Sequence record: OP617745.1
Strand: one strand, 5' to 3'
Length of the DNA: 64,000 nucleotides
Shown one piece after another: positions 58,809 through 64,000 of this stretch. Every line of letters begins with the position of its first letter. Positions within the stretch are counted from its first letter, which is position 1. The notes under the pieces were generated by a model. The model did not search any database, was not told where the DNA came from, and saw only the letters and a program-made list of their open reading frames with translations. Position numbers and translations under genes: made by a program.

Positions 58809-61800
58809 TTATATAACATTTAACAAGTTATTGAGTACCAAACCGTCAATTTTCAATGAATTAGCATACACACTTACATCAATTGGTTTGTAATAATTTT
58901 TATAAACACTAAAATTAAGTTCAACACCAAGATTGATACCAGTGAATGTATATGTTTCACCTTTAGCAAAATAGTGTTCAGCACTATACATATCTGAACG
59001 AAGGATATTGTTATTATTTCGCACATGAACTTTTTCATATCCAAGTACGATAATATCATCATAACTAGTACTACCAGTAATGATATTATCCTTAACACTA
59101 TATGTACCAACTGAAACTGGCTCCACCACATAAGTGGTATTTTCATTCTCAACTTTAGTAACACTGGTTACTGTACAAGTTGTATCACCGATATACACTT
59201 TATCTGTTAAATCATATGAGTAAGTCCATCTTACACCATCGAACACAGGTTTAATATCATCGACGTCATATTCATATACAGTAAACTCTAAACTTTCTGG
59301 AGTTCCAATACGAACCAGTTCATCTAATGTACCAACACCGGTATTTGGCATGAAATATCCACTATCAACCACACCATCAGAAGTTTCAACTAACTCATTA
59401 GAGATTAGCCAAACATCCAAATCTAATGGATCTATTTCATCCGTGTAATCACCATTATTCAAAGAAATATCATAGAATACATCATAGTCCATAACATCAA
59501 CTCTGTAATTTCTTATACTTTCATACAACAAATCACCATTGTTATTGAACTCATGGTCTGCAAAACTTCTAATACGAATAACATTTATACTTGTTTTTGT
59601 ATAAGGTTCACCAGTATTATTAGTGGTTAAATTATTAAACTCAAGTTTATTTCCATTTGAATCAACCAAAGAATAAACTCCGTTATTAAGCTCAACTTCA
59701 AACATAATAGGTCGATCATTCTCTTTGATTTTATCAGTACTGAGAATAAGTTCATGAGTAAAGTTCTGGTATCTGTAATAATCATCACCATCTGGGGTAA
59801 ACACCATAACTTTATCACCACTATTGAGATTACTATTTTTCATCAAGAATTCAGTACTGCTTATAATACTATCAATAGTACTGATATAATTATAAGAGTC
59901 TTTCTTAATTACTGTGCGGTTTACATAGTTTTGTACCAGACTATATGGAGGAATGCTCACAATAGCTTCTGTACGCTTGTATGGATTGAGAACAACAAAA
60001 CCCTCTATCTGGAATCGACTAAAGTCTTTAATCTGCTGTAGAGATGTAGAATCGTTACTATAACCATCTACTGTAAAACGCATTTGTGAAATAGAATTAG
60101 CACTTGGGTTCAACTCGGAAATATCAATGAAAACTGATTCAGTCAAATCACCTTCGTAGCTCAGTGCGACAGTTTTATATTGAGATTCCAAACCTAAATT
60201 ATCATAAGCATTCATATCATTATAATACTTCTGCCCCTTGATTCCCTCAAGTACAACCATGTAGTCACTGTACATTGGATTATTATCATCCATTTCCAGA
60301 TCATCCATATCAATCTCAACTGCTGTAACTACTGAACCATCAGTAATGAAAAGATCTTCCATATATTCATCAATGCTACGATCATCAGGAATACTAACAT
60401 AACTACCGTTAATATTGAATCTAATATATTTTCTCGGGATCATTACAAATGCCTGAATATCCATTGATTTACGATTACTATTCAGAATATCCTCTGCATA
60501 TGCATAAGGATCATCACTGTCTTTATCAAACGTGTTACGAATAGCAGTTAGTACATGAATAGCATCTTTGTAATAACGACCCTGAGAATCAATATCATAT
60601 TTGAAACAATAGATACCGTATTCAATTTCCATTACGCTTCTGATGGTTTCTTCATCAGCATCTGGTGTTTCTTCCAAAATAAGTTCTCTATAATGGGCGA
60701 ATAAATCCTCACTAATTTCAAAATATCCCATGTTAAAGTCAGAACTTGAACTAAAACCAAAAGGCAATCTCGTATTCGGATTATCATTGTAAATTTCACC
60801 ACTCAGACCACAACCAATGGTATCATGGATTACATCTGAACTCATTGAACTATAAAGTTTTAATCTATTACTCAATGTATTATATTGTGAATACATTCTA
60901 ACATCTTGTGTTAAGTTAGAAGTACTATACAATTCAGAAGTGATTCTGTCTAAATCAGAAGTGAAACTTTCAGTTCTTTCAGCATCATCAACGTTCAATT
61001 TATACCATGCATTGATAGCATCAACTAAATCCAGACTTGTATCAAAATCAGAATATAGTTCAAACATATCAACAGAAATCTGAGTATAAATTTCATCTAC
61101 CTCAACAACTGGTAGTGTATACTTGAAACGCTGGATTTCATAGTACTGTACATTATCATCAGAATTACTTACATACTTAGCATTGTTCTCTTCCAGACTT
61201 GTAACATCATATAAATCACTATCAGGCTGGCATTGAACATTATCAAATTGCATTGAGATATCAATTTCCTGGAATTTTCTATCTGGGTAAACGAAGTCGT
61301 TTGGTATTGAACCAACTACCACCCATTGTCCAGTACTTTCATTATATTCAGCATATTCATGATCCCAAATATCAGATTGTGTTTTAACCCAAATTGTACC
61401 GTTATATTCATAACCATTTGGATCTAAATCATTACAAACACCATAAACATAATCAGTGTCGGATGTTTTCTGTTCAATTTGAGAACGAATTTTAGTCCTG
61501 TACGGTTTAACTTCATTGAAATATTCAATAATCTGATTAATCAATTCGTCATTAGTGTAATTTTGTTTAAGTGATTGTTCTAACCCAACAATATAAATGT
61601 ATGAAGTTTTGAATACCCAATCAACCACACCCTGTTCAACGTGTACGTATTTAACCATGTCAAATACAATATTACTTTGAGCTAAATCGAATGTATTTTT
61701 GATTAAATCTAATGCACTTCTTACATTAATTTCCTTGTTGCTTAAAGAACCATCACTGTTATAAACTTCATACCCATCATATAAAGATGAATTAAGAGCG

Positions 61801-64000
61801 ATTGTGCTGTTTTGACGCCCAATAGCATTCCAGAATACAGTATTACGTGATGATGTTTTCACATACATTGTCCATCCATCTGAATCAGTGATTCGAATAA
61901 CATCACCAACTTGATAGTTTTTGGTATTAGCTATATCCAGGCTGGCTTCCTGAGTATAATCAGTATTTTCATCATACCCATCACTATACCAGTCAGCATA
62001 TTCCCAGTACTGGGTCATGTCAAGAGAAGTACCAAGTGATTCAACATAATCACTCTGTTTAATCATACTATGTTGTCCTTCACCTAGACCTTCCAGTGTG
62101 ATTGTTGATGGATTAGCATCAGTACTCTTTGTAGTCATGAATCTTATATAACCATTACTATCGTAGTGGACGAAATATACTGAAGTTGTATCTAGCGGGG
62201 ATGGTAATACACCAGTACTACTCAAAATTACTGCATCGTTTTCATCGAATTTATCAAAATCAGTTGAGACAACAAATTCGTTATTGTATGCCAGAACCCT
62301 GAATGTAACTGAATTTTCATTCACCTCAGTAGTTTTAACCTTGAAAACTTCACTCATTAATACCGTATCAGTTATGATATTTTGTGTTTTGTAATAATTA
62401 TTTGCACTATCTACAAACGTTCTGCGAGCTTCAATCAAATCCATAAACCAGGTTTTAGATGAACCCAACCCTAATTCTACACCAGGATAAACAATTTCAT
62501 TTACTACACCACTCTTCGTGGTTTCGTGTCCTTTCAGAGAATTCCACAGAGAATTCCATATATCTGAATTGAAATTGTAGCTATCTCCTTCTTTACATAG
62601 CTGATATTGTTCATGTTTAATAATATCAACACTATCTTCATGATAAGAAACTGTCAAAATGCTGGTATCATCAGTAATTTCATATTGCATATTACTAAGA
62701 ATGAATGAATTCTCGTTAATTGGTGCAAACCAAGGAACGTCCAGTAAATGTGGATCTTTAATAATACGTGCAATATCAGTACATGATTTACTTCTGGTGT
62801 TAATTGGTGGTACATAAATTGTATCTCTTACCCAGAAATAATAATACGTAACATATGAATCAGTTGTTTCATCATACTCAATGAATGAAGTATAATTATC
62901 CATGATTGCAGTACCAGAAGGTATATACATAGTGTTATTTTTATTATTTTTAGTTTGTTCCTGACAGTATTTGTCCCAATTATATGGCTGTACTGGAGAT
63001 TTAACCCACTCAAGAACATTAATATCACTATGTGGTAGCAATCTACCCCAGTTATAACGACGATATTCATTTGTAGCATCTTCATCAATGTCACCATTCT
63101 CATCCAGTACTGGGCGAGTGTAATCCAAATAAAATGCAGTACTGGTGTCCCACCATACTTGACCAACTTTCTCAGAACCCCATGCTTGAAGAGTTTCTCC
63201 ATTGCTATTGTACTGAGCAGGGTCTACTGGAGAGATATAAGATACATCTTTCATTGCAGTCCCAGGTAAAACACCATTAATTGGGTCAAATATATTAAGA
63301 TATAATTCAGTAATGTTTGTTTTTGAATTATAAGTAGATGGTCTATCAAATAAAGTACTATCTGGAACATCAAAACTGTATTTTTTATCAATATATGCCT
63401 GGCGTTCGGTTGTATCACTGAATCTGGATGTATATTTGTACAGTTTTGGTCTTGTATCTGGATCAGTGAAATTAATTGTGATACTTGTATCAAACGGAAC
63501 AACAATTTTAGTTTTATCATCACCTGCCGTGAAATATTGACTTTCTACTGTTAATGCATCTGGCATAAAATATGTATCATCAACAAAATAATAATAATCA
63601 CCATCATCTAATGGAGCTTCGGCATCTAATTGAACAGTACAGTACTGTTCAGCATAAGTATCAGTATTTTCAATTGGAGTAATTGATAACATAGATACAC
63701 CAGTATCAACTAAATCAAAAATGTTCCATTCCTGATTCATATCAACGAACATCCACACTGAATCTGGATTTTCACCATTATTTTTAATATAATTCATGCG
63801 GTCTTCATATGAATCCTGATAAGTCCATGTAGTATAAGATACTTCATTTAAATTAACTGGGCCAATATCAGGTAAATGGATATTACCACTCTTCCCTGAA
63901 CGCATCGGGAAGCGGAATTTACCTTTAGGACGAGTAATCCATCTGGAATCTTCACCTTGTGAACCATAATAAACTATTTCAGTACTACTTGTACTTGTAT
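58809..64000 (-). CDS. 3' part of a very large virion structural protein (baseplate-wedge-like); gene starts right of the window
   Basis: Frame is open from 63905 to the window edge (>1730 aa); Y..EVKPYRTKIR and W....GSE.VGQVWWD motifs seen in large myovirus baseplate proteins. Confidence 0.7.
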   Translation of the reverse strand, partial: TSTSSTEIVYYGSQGEDSRWITRPKGKFRFPMRSGKSGNIHLPDIGPVNLNEVSYTTWTYQDSYEDRMNYIKNNGENPDSVWMFVDMNQEWNIFDLVDTGVSMLSITPIENTDTYAEQYCTVQLDAEAPLDDGDYYYFVDDTYFMPDALTVESQYFTAGDDKTKIVVPFDTSITINFTDPDTRPKLYKYTSRFSDTTERQAYIDKKYSFDVPDSTLFDRPSTYNSKTNITELYLNIFDPINGVLPGTAMKDVSYISPVDPAQYNSNGETLQAWGSEKVGQVWWDTSTAFYLDYTRPVLDENGDIDEDATNEYRRYNWGRLLPHSDINVLEWVKSPVQPYNWDKYCQEQTKNNKNNTMYIPSGTAIMDNYTSFIEYDETTDSYVTYYYFWVRDTIYVPPINTRSKSCTDIARIIKDPHLLDVPWFAPINENSFILSNMQYEITDDTSILTVSYHEDSVDIIKHEQYQLCKEGDSYNFNSDIWNSLWNSLKGHETTKSGVVNEIVYPGVELGLGSSKTWFMDLIEARRTFVDSANNYYKTQNIITDTVLMSEVFKVKTTEVNENSVTFRVLAYNNEFVVSTDFDKFDENDAVILSSTGVLPSPLDTTSVYFVHYDSNGYIRFMTTKSTDANPSTITLEGLGEGQHSMIKQSDYVESLGTSLDMTQYWEYADWYSDGYDENTDYTQEASLDIANTKNYQVGDVIRITDSDGWTMYVKTSSRNTVFWNAIGRQNSTIALNSSLYDGYEVYNSDGSLSNKEINVRSALDLIKNTFDLAQSNIVFDMVKYVHVEQGVVDWVFKTSYIYIVGLEQSLKQNYTNDELINQIIEYFNEVKPYRTKIRSQIEQKTSDTDYVYGVCNDLDPNGYEYNGTIWVKTQSDIWDHEYAEYNESTGQWVVVGSIPNDFVYPDRKFQEIDISMQFDNVQCQPDSDLYDVTSLEENNAKYVSNSDDNVQYYEIQRFKYTLPVVEVDEIYTQISVDMFELYSDFDTSLDLVDAINAWYKLNVDDAERTESFTSDLDRITSELYSTSNLTQDVRMYSQYNTLSNRLKLYSSMSSDVIHDTIGCGLSGEIYNDNPNTRLPFGFSSSSDFNMGYFEISEDLFAHYRELILEETPDADEETIRSVMEIEYGIYCFKYDIDSQGRYYKDAIHVLTAIRNTFDKDSDDPYAYAEDILNSNRKSMDIQAFVMIPRKYIRFNINGSYVSIPDDRSIDEYMEDLFITDGSVVTAVEIDMDDLEMDDNNPMYSDYMVVLEGIKGQKYYNDMNAYDNLGLESQYKTVALSYEGDLTESVFIDISELNPSANSISQMRFTVDGYSNDSTSLQQIKDFSRFQIEGFVVLNPYKRTEAIVSIPPYSLVQNYVNRTVIKKDSYNYISTIDSIISSTEFLMKNSNLNSGDKVMVFTPDGDDYYRYQNFTHELILSTDKIKENDRPIMFEVELNNGVYSLVDSNGNKLEFNNLTTNNTGEPYTKTSINVIRIRSFADHEFNNNGDLLYESIRNYRVDVMDYDVFYDISLNNGDYTDEIDPLDLDVWLISNELVETSDGVVDSGYFMPNTGVGTLDELVRIGTPESLEFTVYEYDVDDIKPVFDGVRWTYSYDLTDKVYIGDTTCTVTSVTKVENENTTYVVEPVSVGTYSVKDNIITGSTSYDDIIVLGYEKVHVRNNNNILRSDMYSAEHYFAKGETYTFTGINLGVELNFSVYKNYYKPIDVSVYANSLKIDGLVLNNLLNVI

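Overview
64 kb of an AT-rich (roughly 30-35% GC by eye), densely coded genome of a large contractile-tailed dsDNA bacteriophage. The gene set and organisation resemble the RaK2/GAP32/121Q-like enterobacterial jumbo myoviruses; this assignment is inferred, not searched. Left to right: a tailspike/tail-fibre cluster (1-7 kb); an accessory region driven by sigma70-type promoters (7-26 kb: nucleotidyltransferase, 2OG-Fe(II) oxygenase, ACP-like protein, spanins, HNH nuclease, Dps-like protein, thymidine kinase, 2H phosphoesterase, LysM-lysozyme, CCA-adding enzyme, Nudix, glutaredoxin, macro domain); a morphogenesis block (neck, sheath, tube paralogs, gp4-like nuclease) with two free-standing endonucleases and a dNMP kinase; a MoxR-AAA+/vWA-metallopeptidase pair; thymidylate synthase; further virion genes; ClpA; and the 3' part of a very large minus-strand virion gene. 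I saw no tRNA, rRNA or CRISPR array. Four signals stand out. (1) The palindrome AGTACT is enriched about 10-fold window-wide, in all reading frames and in intergenic DNA. (2) A ~500-nt promoter-driven, highly structured, apparently non-coding RNA lies at ~13.95-14.45 kb. (3) It is followed by an origin-like hairpin/repeat block. (4) A ~240-aa HNH-type endonuclease is fused in frame inside thymidylate synthase without intein signatures. All protein calls come from motif recognition by eye; no database searches were run.
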